A stretch of 64,000 bases of DNA from Patescibacteria group bacterium (GTDB lineage: Bacteria > Patescibacteriota > Patescibacteriia > Magasanikbacterales > GWA2-37-8). Positions 21,716 to 31,936 of this stretch are shown piece after piece; the stretch's first letter is position 1, and every line of letters starts with the position of its first letter. The notes beneath the pieces were generated by a model, which saw only the letters and a program-made list of their open reading frames with translations, searched no databases and was not told the origin of the DNA. Position numbers and translations under genes: made by a program. The DNA is taken from the NCBI GenBank assembly GCA_022710645.1, contig JAKLGL010000002.1:212176-276175 (forward strand), written 5' to 3'.

Positions 21716-23536
21716 TTAAAAGATTCCTTTCGCTTTTCTTTTCGCTTCATCCACGTCCAAAGTCATTTTTCTAATTCTGATACTTTGCGGTGTAACTTCC
21801 ACCAATTCATCATCTCCGATATATTCCAAAGAATCTTCAAGTTCCATAATTTTTGGCGCATTGAAATGCTCAGTAACTCCATGTCCTTTACTGCGCATAT
21901 TGGAAAGTTGTTTTTCTTTACAGACATTTATGGACAAATCGCCCTGACGAGCATTTTGTCCCACCACCTGCCCTTTATAAACTTTTATTCCCGGACCGAT
22001 AAACAAAACACCTCTATCTTGAATATTCATCAAACCGTATGTATTACTTTCGCCGGTTTCATGAGCCACGAGAGAGCCTTGTTCCCTTTCTTTCCAAGCA
22101 ACGTTATCTTCTTGATAATCAAAAAAACAAGTATTCATGATCCCCAAGCCTTTGGTGTCAGTCAAAAATTCACTGCGATAACCAAATAAACCGCGAGTCG
22201 GAATAATAAACTCCAAAAAAGAAATTCCTCTCTCATTGGCCATATTGGTCATGGTACCGTGACGATTGCCTAATTTTTGGATAACTATTCCGGCAAAATC
22301 TTCGGGTACTTCCACAAAAACCTGATCAAAAGGAGCCAGTTTTTTACCATCCTCTTCTTTCATTATAACTTGCGGACGAGAAACCTGCAATTCAAAACCT
22401 TCACGACGCAATCTCTCTATCAAAATAGCCAGATGTAATTCTCCACGACCGCAAACAATCCAACTCCCGCTGGAATCAGTATCGCTGACTCGCAGCGCCA
22501 TATCAGTTTCCAATTCTTTGTATAAACGTTCGCGAAGTTGACGTGAAGTGGTAAATTTACCTTCTTGTCCGGCAACTGGAGAATCATTTACCGAAAAAGT
22601 CATTTTTACAGTTGGTTCTTCAATATTGATAGTTGGAAGTGCAATAGGTTCATTTACATCGGCAATAGTTTCACCGATATTGATATCAGCAATTCCAGAA
22701 ATTGCAGCGATATCTCCGGCTTTTACTTCAGATACTTCTGATCTTCCCAAACCGTCAAAGGTCATCAAACTGGTCATACGATATTTTTTCATTTCACCCG
22801 TACGATTAATGTGCATCACATCTTGATTGGTTTTGAGAGTACCGTTATAAACACGACCAATAGCAATACGGCCTTTGTAGTTATCACCCACGATAGACAC
22901 AGTTAACATTTGAAGCGGTTTATTTTCATCACCACTTGGTAAAGGAACTTCTTTGATAATAGTTTCAAAAAGACAAGTTACGTTCGTCATTTTTTCTAAT
23001 TCCGGAGTCAAACCGGCTTTACCAGCTTTAGCACAAGCATACACTACCGGGAAATCACAGATTTCATCACTAGCGCCAAGCTCAATAAATAATTCCAAAG
23101 TTTTATCGAGCACATATTGTATTCGAGCATCAGGTTTATCAATTTTATTTACCACTACGATAACTTTCAATCCGAGCGCCAAAGCTTTTTTCAAAACAAA
23201 ACGAGTTTGAGGCATAGGCCCTTCTTTGGCATCAACCAATAACAAACAACCGTCTGCCATCTTGAGCACACGTTCTACTTCTCCGCCAAAATCCGCATGA
23301 CCCGGAGTATCAATAATATTAATTTTTGTGCCATTGAAAACTACTGAAGCAATTTTAGAAAAAATAGTAATCCCACGTTCTTTTTCCAAATCATTGCTAT
23401 CCATAATACAAACAGCATCTTCATTTTCTTTATTAAGTTTAGTCTTACTTTGACGCAACAAAGCATCCACGAGTGTGGTTTTGCCGTGGTCAACGTGAGC
23501 AATAATAGCGATGTTACGAATATTTATCTTTGACAT
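21716..23536 (-). CDS. typA: Translational GTPase TypA/BipA
   Basis: AHVDHGKTTLVDALL G1 motif. Confidence 0.85.
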   Translation of the reverse strand: MSKINIRNIAIIAHVDHGKTTLVDALLRQSKTKLNKENEDAVCIMDSNDLEKERGITIFSKIASVVFNGTKINIIDTPGHADFGGEVERVLKMADGCLLLVDAKEGPMPQTRFVLKKALALGLKVIVVVNKIDKPDARIQYVLDKTLELFIELGASDEICDFPVVYACAKAGKAGLTPELEKMTNVTCLFETIIKEVPLPSGDENKPLQMLTVSIVGDNYKGRIAIGRVYNGTLKTNQDVMHINRTGEMKKYRMTSLMTFDGLGRSEVSEVKAGDIAAISGIADINIGETIADVNEPIALPTINIEEPTVKMTFSVNDSPVAGQEGKFTTSRQLRERLYKELETDMALRVSDTDSSGSWIVCGRGELHLAILIERLRREGFELQVSRPQVIMKEEDGKKLAPFDQVFVEVPEDFAGIVIQKLGNRHGTMTNMANERGISFLEFIIPTRGLFGYRSEFLTDTKGLGIMNTCFFDYQEDNVAWKEREQGSLVAHETGESNTYGLMNIQDRGVLFIGPGIKVYKGQVVGQNARQGDLSINVCKEKQLSNMRSKGHGVTEHFNAPKIMELEDSLEYIGDDELVEVTPQSIRIRKMTLDVDEAKRKAKGIF

Positions 23537-23666
23537 ATATTTAATTTACGCAATAATATCATACTTTAGCGAAAAAAGCAAGGGTGATTGTTAAAATATT
23601 GAATATTGAATATTAAAAAATAAAGGAGCCCGGGTGGACTCCTAAAAAATGATTTGGTATTTATAT

Positions 23667-23894
23667 TTAGCTTTTTTTAAAAAACTTACTATAAATCACT
23701 ACTAACGCTACCAAAATCATTATTAAAATAATTCCAAAGGAAACAATAAACCATACTAAAGTTCCTTTAAAACCAATGACGCGACCATCAAATACAATTA
23801 TTAACACCCAGGGAATAATATTTGATCCAAGAAGCGTATTGGATACTACTTTAAAAACACTTAACCAATTAATTTCCTTGTTTTTTTCTTTCAT
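23667..23894 (-). CDS. Small hypothetical membrane protein (2 TM)
   Basis: 75-aa hydrophobic ORF. Confidence 0.35.
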   Translation of the reverse strand: MKEKNKEINWLSVFKVVSNTLLGSNIIPWVLIIVFDGRVIGFKGTLVWFIVSFGIILIMILVALVVIYSKFFKKS

Positions 23895-24071
23895 TTTTAT
23901 TCTCCTTGAACAATAGATTGCTAAAGATCAACGGGATATCATAACACATTTTAACACTTTTGTCAAGGGGTAAAAGTGGCTAAGATTAGCAAAATTAAAA
24001 TTTAAAAGATTTGAAAGATTACAAAAATTGAAAAGATTGTTGATATTTTGGCTGAGATTAGATAAAAAACT

Positions 24072-24099
24072 AAAAAACCGCTTATTTCAGCGGTTTTTA
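24072..24099 (-). terminator. Intrinsic terminator after the acetyl-CoA synthetase gene
   Basis: ACCGC-ttatttca-GCGGT flanked by A and T runs. Confidence 0.45.
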
Positions 24100-24124
24100 T
24101 ACTTAATACTAAATACTTGATATT

Positions 24125-26134
24125 TTATACTATCCTCACATCAACCAAACTAACTCCATTTTCATTACAAAACACCGGATTAAAATCCATTTCCTTAATT
24201 TCCGGATGATCTATCGCCAATTTGGATATGGCCAAAATCGTCTTTTTGAGAGCTTCAAAATTTATGGCTTTTTGTCCTCTGGCACCTTTCAAAATATTTA
24301 TACCTTTTATTTCTTGAATCAAATTTTCAACATCGTTTTCATCAAGCGGTGCAACTTTCATAGAAACATCTTTGAGAACTTCTACAAATATTCCACCCAA
24401 ACCAAAAACTATAGCCGGACCAAAAACCGCGTCGCGTTTCATACCGATTATCACTTCCCTACCTTTGACCATACTTTGTAATAACATCCCTTGAATTTTG
24501 ATATTTGCAAATTTTTCAGAAATATTTTTTGAAATTTCCTCCCAAGCTTTTTCAATATCTTCTACGGTTTGTAAATTTAATTTCAATCCTCCAACATCGC
24601 TTTTGTGTAAAACTTTATCTGTGATAGCCTTGAGTACAAACGGTCCGTTCATTTTTTCCATAGCAGAATTTATTTCATTTTTATCAGACAACAAAATTCC
24701 GGAAGTTGATTGTCCGACACTTTGCAATAATTTTTCCGTTTGCGCATAATTCATTTGATCAACAACAACTTCTTCTTTTTTCTTTTCTATGGCTATTTTA
24801 TTTTTAAAAGATAGATAATCAAATACTTTCACCAAATCTATAGGATCGGAAAAGTAAGCAATATTTTTTTGTCGGAAAATTTTCAAAGCCGAATCTATTT
24901 GCGCGCCTCCGATAAAAAGCGGTAGAACTGTTTTTTTCTTATTTATTTTGGCAATTATTTTTGCAGTTTCTTTGATTTGCGTCATCTTTTGCGGAGTTAG
25001 GATTACCGCCAACGCGTCTATATCTTTGACTTTGCTCAAAATTTTCAAAGCACTTTCATATCTATCACTCAACGCGTCACCGATAACATCCACCGGATTG
25101 CCGACTGCCGCGGTCGCAGGCAATACTTCACGCAAAGCGTCTTTTGTTTTTTCCGTCAAAGTTGCCAAATTTAAACTTTGTGAAAGCTCCAATAAATCCG
25201 CCAAGATGATAGACGGTCCCCCGCCATTGGTAATTATACCGATGTTTTCAAGCGGTTGGTAAATTCCAGCGTTAAACAATTTTAACAAATCAAACATTTC
25301 GGAAATCGTTTCTACGTTAATAACTTTGGCTTGCGCGCAAACAGCTTCAAATATTTTATTTTCCGAAGCGAGTGATCCGGTGTGCGACGCTACGGCTTGC
25401 GCTCCTCGCGCTGTTTTACCGGCTTTGAGCACTACCAAAGGTTTAACCGCAGTGATTTTTTTCGCCAATTCCAAAAATCTCTTTCCATCTGATACAGCTT
25501 CCAAATACATTACGATAGCTTTGGTTTTTTCATCATTTAAAAGATATTCCAGAAAATCGTTTTCCGTAAGTCCGGCTTCATTGCCGACAGAAATAAAATT
25601 GGCAAAACCGATATTTTCTTTTTTTGCAAAATCAAGCATAGAAGTCCCGACTGCGCCCGATTGTGAAATCACGGAAATGTTTCCAACTTTGGGAAGTTCG
25701 TCGCCAAAAGTGGCATTGAGATTATCGTGACAATCAAAAATACCCAAACAATTCGGACCAATGATTTTTATTCCGTATTTTTGCGCAATCTGCTTGATTT
25801 CATCTTCGCGTTTTTTTCCTTCTTCTCCGGTTTCTTTGTAACCGGCGGTAATAATAATACAATATGGAATTTTCTTTTCTCCACAAGAATTCAAAACCGA
25901 AGGTACTATTTCCGGTTTGACGGCAATCACCGCCAAATCAACTTCTTCTTTTATTTCCATTACCGCAGAAAAAACTTTTTCACCCAAAATTTCTTTTTCA
26001 CTTGGGTTAACCAAAAAAATTCGGCGTTTATTTTTGTCGGCCAACAAATTAAAACTCAAAGCATAACCAATTTTTTCTTTGTTGGCAGATGCACCGATAA
26101 CCACTACTCCTTTGGGGTTAAATAGGTTGTCCAT
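24125..26134 (-). CDS. Acetate--CoA ligase (ADP-forming), fused alpha/beta
   Basis: N-terminal CoA-binding motif GVVVIGASANKEKIGY. Succinyl-CoA-synthetase-like and ATP-grasp halves. Confidence 0.8.
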   Translation of the reverse strand: MDNLFNPKGVVVIGASANKEKIGYALSFNLLADKNKRRIFLVNPSEKEILGEKVFSAVMEIKEEVDLAVIAVKPEIVPSVLNSCGEKKIPYCIIITAGYKETGEEGKKREDEIKQIAQKYGIKIIGPNCLGIFDCHDNLNATFGDELPKVGNISVISQSGAVGTSMLDFAKKENIGFANFISVGNEAGLTENDFLEYLLNDEKTKAIVMYLEAVSDGKRFLELAKKITAVKPLVVLKAGKTARGAQAVASHTGSLASENKIFEAVCAQAKVINVETISEMFDLLKLFNAGIYQPLENIGIITNGGGPSIILADLLELSQSLNLATLTEKTKDALREVLPATAAVGNPVDVIGDALSDRYESALKILSKVKDIDALAVILTPQKMTQIKETAKIIAKINKKKTVLPLFIGGAQIDSALKIFRQKNIAYFSDPIDLVKVFDYLSFKNKIAIEKKKEEVVVDQMNYAQTEKLLQSVGQSTSGILLSDKNEINSAMEKMNGPFVLKAITDKVLHKSDVGGLKLNLQTVEDIEKAWEEISKNISEKFANIKIQGMLLQSMVKGREVIIGMKRDAVFGPAIVFGLGGIFVEVLKDVSMKVAPLDENDVENLIQEIKGINILKGARGQKAINFEALKKTILAISKLAIDHPEIKEMDFNPVFCNENGVSLVDVRIV

Positions 26135-26138
26135 AGTT

Positions 26139-26912
26139 TTATAATTGCTCTTCAAAAGTTGGTTTATCCACTTCATAAAAAATACCTAAAGGAATTTTTT
26201 CCATTTCTTGAACTTTTTCCATCGCCCATTTCAAATCGTTTTTTGGTAAATTGGAATCAATCTGATAAACTTTTTCTTTGAAATAATCGCGAGTGTCGGC
26301 AAAACTGATGCATGGTTGGATAATTTCCAAATGAGCAAAACCTTTGTGTAAAATCGCTTTCTTCATCACTTGCATCAAAAAAACCATATCTCCGGTATAA
26401 GCGCGAGCCACAAAAGTGGCGCCGGAACTAAGCATCACCAAAGATGGATTAATCGGTTCTTCTATACTACCACCGGGAGTTGATTTTCCTTTATAACCTT
26501 TTTTAGAAGTAGGTGTCACTTGTCCGGTAGTCAAACCAAAAACTTGATTATTATGCACAAACAATTTGATATCACTATTTCTCTTTGAAGCATGGACCAG
26601 ATGTTCCATACCCTCAGCATAAGAATCACCGTCGCCGGAAAAAGCAATCGCCGTCAAATCCGGATTTCCCAATTTAACTCCAGTCATTGTCGGCACAACA
26701 CGACCATGAAGGGAAATAATACTGTTTACATTTACATAATCGGCTATTTTGCCGTGACAACCAATCCCGGCTCCGACAACTACTTTATCTTTTTTTATTT
26801 TTCCTTCATTTATCAATTCAGTCAAAGCATTTTTAAAAGCGGTCAGAATCATAAAATTGGTGCATCCCGGACACCAAGTATTTTTTGCTTTGGTATTTAA
26901 ATCTACAGTCAT
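26139..26912 (-). CDS. 2-oxoacid:ferredoxin oxidoreductase beta (TPP-binding) subunit
   Basis: WCPGCTNF...GIGCHGK...GDGD TPP-binding motifs. Confidence 0.8.
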   Translation of the reverse strand: MTVDLNTKAKNTWCPGCTNFMILTAFKNALTELINEGKIKKDKVVVGAGIGCHGKIADYVNVNSIISLHGRVVPTMTGVKLGNPDLTAIAFSGDGDSYAEGMEHLVHASKRNSDIKLFVHNNQVFGLTTGQVTPTSKKGYKGKSTPGGSIEEPINPSLVMLSSGATFVARAYTGDMVFLMQVMKKAILHKGFAHLEIIQPCISFADTRDYFKEKVYQIDSNLPKNDLKWAMEKVQEMEKIPLGIFYEVDKPTFEEQL

Positions 26913-26913
26913 A

Positions 26914-28614
26914 TTAAAATATTTTATCTATTTTTTTAGCTAATTCCATCGGCTCAAACGCATAAGTATCGTATTTCAAAATTTTATTTTTAATTTCTAT
27001 CCCGATTTTTTCACGAATTAAACTAGCTAATGCGGCAGTATAATTTAATTCTATATCCGCAATTTTTTTCGCGCCTTTCAAAACACCGATCAAACTTTTA
27101 GTAGGCAACGGTTCAAGTGTTAAAACTTGCACAGCTTTTATAGATTTTTTGGTATGTTTAATAGCTTCCAAAACCGCACCCTTGGTAGAACCCCAAAAAA
27201 TAACAACATTTTTACTTTTTTTATCACCATAAATACGAACACCTTTCATTTTAGTTATTTCTTTTTCCAAATTTTTCATTTTTGCAAATCTTTTATCAAA
27301 CATTTCTACCGTCATTTCTCCGCTTTCACTTATCAAACCGTCTTCGCTATGTTCGTAACTATTGGCCTTGACAATTGTATCCGGAGTTCCCGGAAAACAA
27401 AGCGGTGAAACACCATCTTTACTAAAAGCATACCTAACATAATTTTTTCCGCCTTTACCCATTTTGATTTTTTCCGGTTTGATTTTGATTTTTTTCAAAT
27501 CCGCATTAGATAAACTTTCAGATAAATGTTTATCGAGCATCAACATCACCGGTAATTGATATTGCCAAGCCAAATTCATCGCTTTTCCACCGAGTTCATA
27601 CGCTTCTTGTTGATCACCAGGCGCCAAAACAATTCGTGGAAATTCACCTAAAACCTGACGAGCAAATTGTAAATCACCTTGCGCAGTTCTAGTTGGCACG
27701 CCGGTTGACGGGCCCGGACGTTGAGATTCTACAACTACAGTCGGAATTTCCGCAATTCCAGCCATACTGAGAGCCTCAGTCATCAAAGCAAATCCTCCGC
27801 CGGAAGTACCGGTCGCAGTACGAGTTCCGGCAAAAGCGCTTCCCAAAACCATATTGATAACCGCCACTTCACTTTCCGCTTGTGTAACTTTCAAATCATA
27901 TTTACTGGCTTGTTTGGCCAAATGATGCAGAACGGAAGTTGCCGGAGTCATCGGATATGCAATATAATTTTTCATCCCCGCTGCCACCATTCCTTCACCG
28001 GTCGCCGCATTACCGTCAATAATTTGTCCTTTTATTTTTTTATCCGGTTTGTCAAATTTTATTTTATCAAAATTTTTATCTTGCAAATAATCAAAACCTT
28101 TTTTTGCCAAATCAATATTAATCTGGGCTTTGGTTCCAAAAATTTCCGTAAAAACCAGGTTTAAATCTTCCAATGGTAGATCGTAATAATAACAAAGTGA
28201 ACCCAATGCCACCGCAGTCCGTGCTAAAGTCGGCGCGTTTAATTCTTTGGCATAAGAACTTATCGGCAAACTTATCAATTGACCCGATTTTCCGGATACA
28301 GAATTTAAATTATTATCAAAAAATATCACCCCGGTTTTTTTGAGTTCATTTCTGTGTATATCTACTATTTCTTGATTGAGCGCAATAATCGCGTCAAGCT
28401 CCCGATAATCGCTATAGATTTTTTCTTTACTAAAAGAAACTCGACAAAAATTATGTCCACCACGAATCAATGATGGATATTCCATGCTGGCAAAGACATA
28501 ATAGCCCATTTTACAAAGCAAACGCGCCAAATTCACCCCCGCCTCTCGCGCTCCGTCTCCGGCTTGGCCACCAATCAAAATCGTATAAATTTTTTCTCTT
28601 TTATTTTTTAACAT
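26914..28614 (-). CDS. 2-oxoacid:ferredoxin oxidoreductase fused gamma-alpha subunit
   Basis: N-terminal gamma-type GGQAGDG region followed by alpha-subunit domains. Confidence 0.75.
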   Translation of the reverse strand: MLKNKREKIYTILIGGQAGDGAREAGVNLARLLCKMGYYVFASMEYPSLIRGGHNFCRVSFSKEKIYSDYRELDAIIALNQEIVDIHRNELKKTGVIFFDNNLNSVSGKSGQLISLPISSYAKELNAPTLARTAVALGSLCYYYDLPLEDLNLVFTEIFGTKAQINIDLAKKGFDYLQDKNFDKIKFDKPDKKIKGQIIDGNAATGEGMVAAGMKNYIAYPMTPATSVLHHLAKQASKYDLKVTQAESEVAVINMVLGSAFAGTRTATGTSGGGFALMTEALSMAGIAEIPTVVVESQRPGPSTGVPTRTAQGDLQFARQVLGEFPRIVLAPGDQQEAYELGGKAMNLAWQYQLPVMLMLDKHLSESLSNADLKKIKIKPEKIKMGKGGKNYVRYAFSKDGVSPLCFPGTPDTIVKANSYEHSEDGLISESGEMTVEMFDKRFAKMKNLEKEITKMKGVRIYGDKKSKNVVIFWGSTKGAVLEAIKHTKKSIKAVQVLTLEPLPTKSLIGVLKGAKKIADIELNYTAALASLIREKIGIEIKNKILKYDTYAFEPMELAKKIDKIF

Positions 28615-28618
28615 AAAC

Positions 28619-30367
28619 CTATTTTTTAATTTTTATTTCGCTTTTTTTCTGTGGAACAAAATCCACTTCAAACATGGCTTTTGTGATTTTTTTATCTTTT
28701 AAAAATTCTTTATAAACCTGCTGAACTTGCGGATTTTGATGCGCCAAGCGAATTTTTTTGGTTTTATCTATTTGATAAAGAGATAACGCTCTTTTCTGAC
28801 GAATATCTTCCGTAGTCGGAAGCGGTTGTCCGCCACCACCGATACAACCGCCGGGACATGCCATCACTTCCACAAACTGATACTTTTTCGGATCTGTTTT
28901 GAGTTCATCCAAAATAATTTTCGCATTTTTTAATCCGTTGACCACAGCCACGCGCAATTCCACGCATTTGTCTGCACCAAAAGTTACCGGCTTGCAAAGT
29001 TTGATAGTAGCACGTTTTACACCATCTTCACCGCGCACTTGTTCAAAATCAACTTTTTCCAAATCACGGCCAAATAAACGATAATAAGCTGTACGCAAAG
29101 CACTTTCCATTACTCCACCAGATGCTCCGTAAATAACTCCGGCGCCAGACGGATCACCCAATGGATTATCGGCCGGACTTTCTTTAATTGTTTTCAAATC
29201 TATTTTTTTATTCATCAAAACTCTCGCCAATTCTCGCGTAGTCCAAACATAATCTATCGGTTTCAGACCGTTCCCAAAATTTAATTCCGGTCTACTAGCT
29301 TCGTATTTTTTTGCCGTACACGGCATAATAGAAACCATCACTATATTTTTGGGGTCAATATTTTGTTTTGGCGCAAAATAATTTTTTACCAAACTTGCCA
29401 GCATCATTTGCGGAGATCTGGCATGAGAAATGTTTTTACGAAATTCCGGATGATAAAATTCCACATATTTCACCCAGGATGGACAACAAGATGTAAATAT
29501 CGGTAAATCTTTTCCAGCTAAAATTCTTTCTACAGCTTCTCCGGCTTCTTCCGTAGTAGTAAAATCTGCGCCGACTGAAGTGTCAAAAACATAATCAAAC
29601 CCGAGTTTTTTTAAAGCGGCCGATAATTTATCCGTAGCTATCGAGCCATACGGCATGCCAAATTCTTCCCCAATACTAGTTCGGATAGACGGAGCAAACT
29701 GTGCTACCAAAATTTTTTCGACTTTTTTTAAAGCCAATACTTTTTCCATTTCTTCGAATTCCCCGTCGCTTTTTATGGCGCCGGCGGGACAATGGACAAC
29801 GCACTGACCGCAATAAACACAGTCTTTATCTTTACTTTTACTCGGTTCAATAGAAATGTCACTACCCCTATTTTCGATCTCATAATATTCCACCGGACAA
29901 ACTTCCACACAATTGCGACAGTCAATGCATTTTTTACCTTCAAAAATTATCGGTCCGAATTGTTTACTCGGTCTTTTTTCTTTACGGTTCGGAAAACGAG
30001 TTATTTTCGCGCGCACGGGTTTTTGATATTGCAACATTCCGCAACGTTTATTCCAAGTACAATTATCACAATCCAAATGATGCTCTCCAAAAATTAATTC
30101 CAAATTTGTTTTGCGACTACGACGAATTTCTCTGTCTTCGGTCGTGATTTCCATACCGTCTTCAACCGGTGTAGAACAAGAAGTAAAAAGCCCGTTTCTA
30201 CCTTTTATTTTCACTACACACATTCGACAATTGGCTTTTACTTGCAAATCCGGATGATCGCACAAACTGGGAATATAAAAACCGTTTTCTTGCGCCACAT
30301 GCAAAATACTTTTACCTTCGGCGCATTCTATTTTTTTTCCGTCTATTTTAATAGTAACTTTTCTCAT
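28619..30367 (-). CDS. hydA: [FeFe]-hydrogenase catalytic subunit (N-terminal 2Fe-2S and 4Fe-4S domains plus H-cluster domain)
   Basis: H-cluster signatures FTSCCPSWV, MPCTAKKYE and EVMACPGGCIGGGGQP. Upstream ferredoxin-like Cys clusters. Confidence 0.8.
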   Translation of the reverse strand: MRKVTIKIDGKKIECAEGKSILHVAQENGFYIPSLCDHPDLQVKANCRMCVVKIKGRNGLFTSCSTPVEDGMEITTEDREIRRSRKTNLELIFGEHHLDCDNCTWNKRCGMLQYQKPVRAKITRFPNRKEKRPSKQFGPIIFEGKKCIDCRNCVEVCPVEYYEIENRGSDISIEPSKSKDKDCVYCGQCVVHCPAGAIKSDGEFEEMEKVLALKKVEKILVAQFAPSIRTSIGEEFGMPYGSIATDKLSAALKKLGFDYVFDTSVGADFTTTEEAGEAVERILAGKDLPIFTSCCPSWVKYVEFYHPEFRKNISHARSPQMMLASLVKNYFAPKQNIDPKNIVMVSIMPCTAKKYEASRPELNFGNGLKPIDYVWTTRELARVLMNKKIDLKTIKESPADNPLGDPSGAGVIYGASGGVMESALRTAYYRLFGRDLEKVDFEQVRGEDGVKRATIKLCKPVTFGADKCVELRVAVVNGLKNAKIILDELKTDPKKYQFVEVMACPGGCIGGGGQPLPTTEDIRQKRALSLYQIDKTKKIRLAHQNPQVQQVYKEFLKDKKITKAMFEVDFVPQKKSEIKIKK

Positions 30368-31383
30368 AGCATTTTTTTATCTCTCTTGTTTTTATAAATC
30401 ACTTTGACACTTTCCAACATGGAATCAATGGGCAAATAAACACTTTTACCCAAGGGACAAAAAGAAGTGTCTCTCATTGTCCTTAAAACCACACGTAACA
30501 AAACCATATCTATTTCCTCTCCGCCGTCCAACATTTCTTTGAGGCGATAAAGACCTTCGCGACACGGCACACATTTACCGCAATTATACGCAAAGAAAAA
30601 ATCAACCCATTTTTTAATCAATTTTCTAGTATCGGTTTTTTGCAAATTATGTATAATTATACTGCCCGCGCCGCGAACCGGATGGTTCAATTCTTCTTGG
30701 GTCAAAATTTCTCCCGCTGCTCCCCCACCTTGTTGGACAAAATATTCAAAACGTGGAACATTTTTGGTTGTTTTCAAAATCTCTCCAATCGACATATCAA
30801 TTGGCAATTCGTAAACTCCTTTTTTGGGCGCATCTCCGCTAATACAATAAAATCTTTTATTTTCGTATTCTCCGCGAACTATCTTAGCTATTTCATAAAA
30901 AGTTTCCACATTATTGATGAGGGTCGGGCATCCAAATAATCCGAAATCCGTCGGATACGGGGGTTTCAGACGAGGTTCCGGTCTGTCACCTTCTATAGTT
31001 TCCAAAAGAGTGGTTTCTTCTCCGCCGAGATATCCTATTTTTTCCGCAGTCAATTCTATCGGTAATTTACCGATCTGTTTTTTCAAAATATTTTTAAATT
31101 TTTTCAAATAATCGGAACGTAAATAAATATATGCTTTATCTGCGCCAAGTTCATCCATGGCTATCTTGATACCTTCGATAACCAATTCGGGATAGTTTTG
31201 CAATATGAAGCCGTCTTTAAACATACCCGGTTCACCTTCAGCACCGTTACAAATCACATAAACCGGTTGATTAAATTCTTTCAAATGGCCTTTGGCGACA
31301 CTAAGCCATTTGAAGGCTACCGGAAATTCGGCTCCGCCCCGCCCGAGCAATTTGGCAGTCTGAATTTTATTGATAATTTTCAT
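30364..31383 (-). CDS. NuoF-like NAD(P)H-binding FMN flavoprotein subunit of the hydrogenase (short form)
   Basis: GRGGAEFPVAFKW, CNGAEGEPGMFKD and CGKCVPCREG motifs. ATGA overlap with hydA. Confidence 0.75.
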   Translation of the reverse strand: MKIINKIQTAKLLGRGGAEFPVAFKWLSVAKGHLKEFNQPVYVICNGAEGEPGMFKDGFILQNYPELVIEGIKIAMDELGADKAYIYLRSDYLKKFKNILKKQIGKLPIELTAEKIGYLGGEETTLLETIEGDRPEPRLKPPYPTDFGLFGCPTLINNVETFYEIAKIVRGEYENKRFYCISGDAPKKGVYELPIDMSIGEILKTTKNVPRFEYFVQQGGGAAGEILTQEELNHPVRGAGSIIIHNLQKTDTRKLIKKWVDFFFAYNCGKCVPCREGLYRLKEMLDGGEEIDMVLLRVVLRTMRDTSFCPLGKSVYLPIDSMLESVKVIYKNKRDKKML

Positions 31384-31435
31384 AAATTTTTACTTTTTAA
31401 TCGCAAAAATATTATATCATTTTATCAAATTAATT

Positions 31436-31468
31436 ACAAAAAATCCGCTTTTTACGGCGGATCTTTTT
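31436..31468 (-). terminator. Intrinsic terminator downstream of the HU gene
   Basis: ATCCGC-tttttacg-GCGGAT flanked by A and T runs. Confidence 0.45.
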
Positions 31469-31486
31469 GCTTTATAATTTTGAAAA

Positions 31487-31768
31487 TTATAGAACTGCGT
31501 CTTTGGCAGCTTTGGCAACGCGGAATTTTACCACAGTTTTGGCCGGAATTTTGATAGTTTCACCGGTAGCTGGGTTACGACCCATACGAGCGGCTCTTTT
31601 GATTTTAATCAATTTTCCAAAACCAGGAATCACAAATTCGTTTCCTTTTTTAACTTCTTTGTAAGCAACGTTAGTCATTGCATCCAAGAAATTAGAAACT
31701 TCTTTTTTGCTCAAGTTGGTGGCTTCGGAAAGCACGCTCAACAATTGAGACTTGGTCATTTTTGCCAT
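31487..31768 (-). CDS. hup: HU family DNA-binding protein
   Basis: ...MGRNPATGETIKIPAKTVVKFRVAK is the HU arm motif. Confidence 0.85.
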   Translation of the reverse strand: MAKMTKSQLLSVLSEATNLSKKEVSNFLDAMTNVAYKEVKKGNEFVIPGFGKLIKIKRAARMGRNPATGETIKIPAKTVVKFRVAKAAKDAVL

Positions 31769-31936
31769 AGTGGTAAAAATTAACTTAAATTAATAAATGA
31801 ATTATTCTGCGGGTGGAAATTGGATTTTCCTTAACCCACGGTTTATTATACACCAATAAAATCAATAGCAACAGCCCCTCCCCTGTGGAAAACCCTTTAT
31901 TTATAATACTATTTAACGAAAAAATCAAAAAACCCC

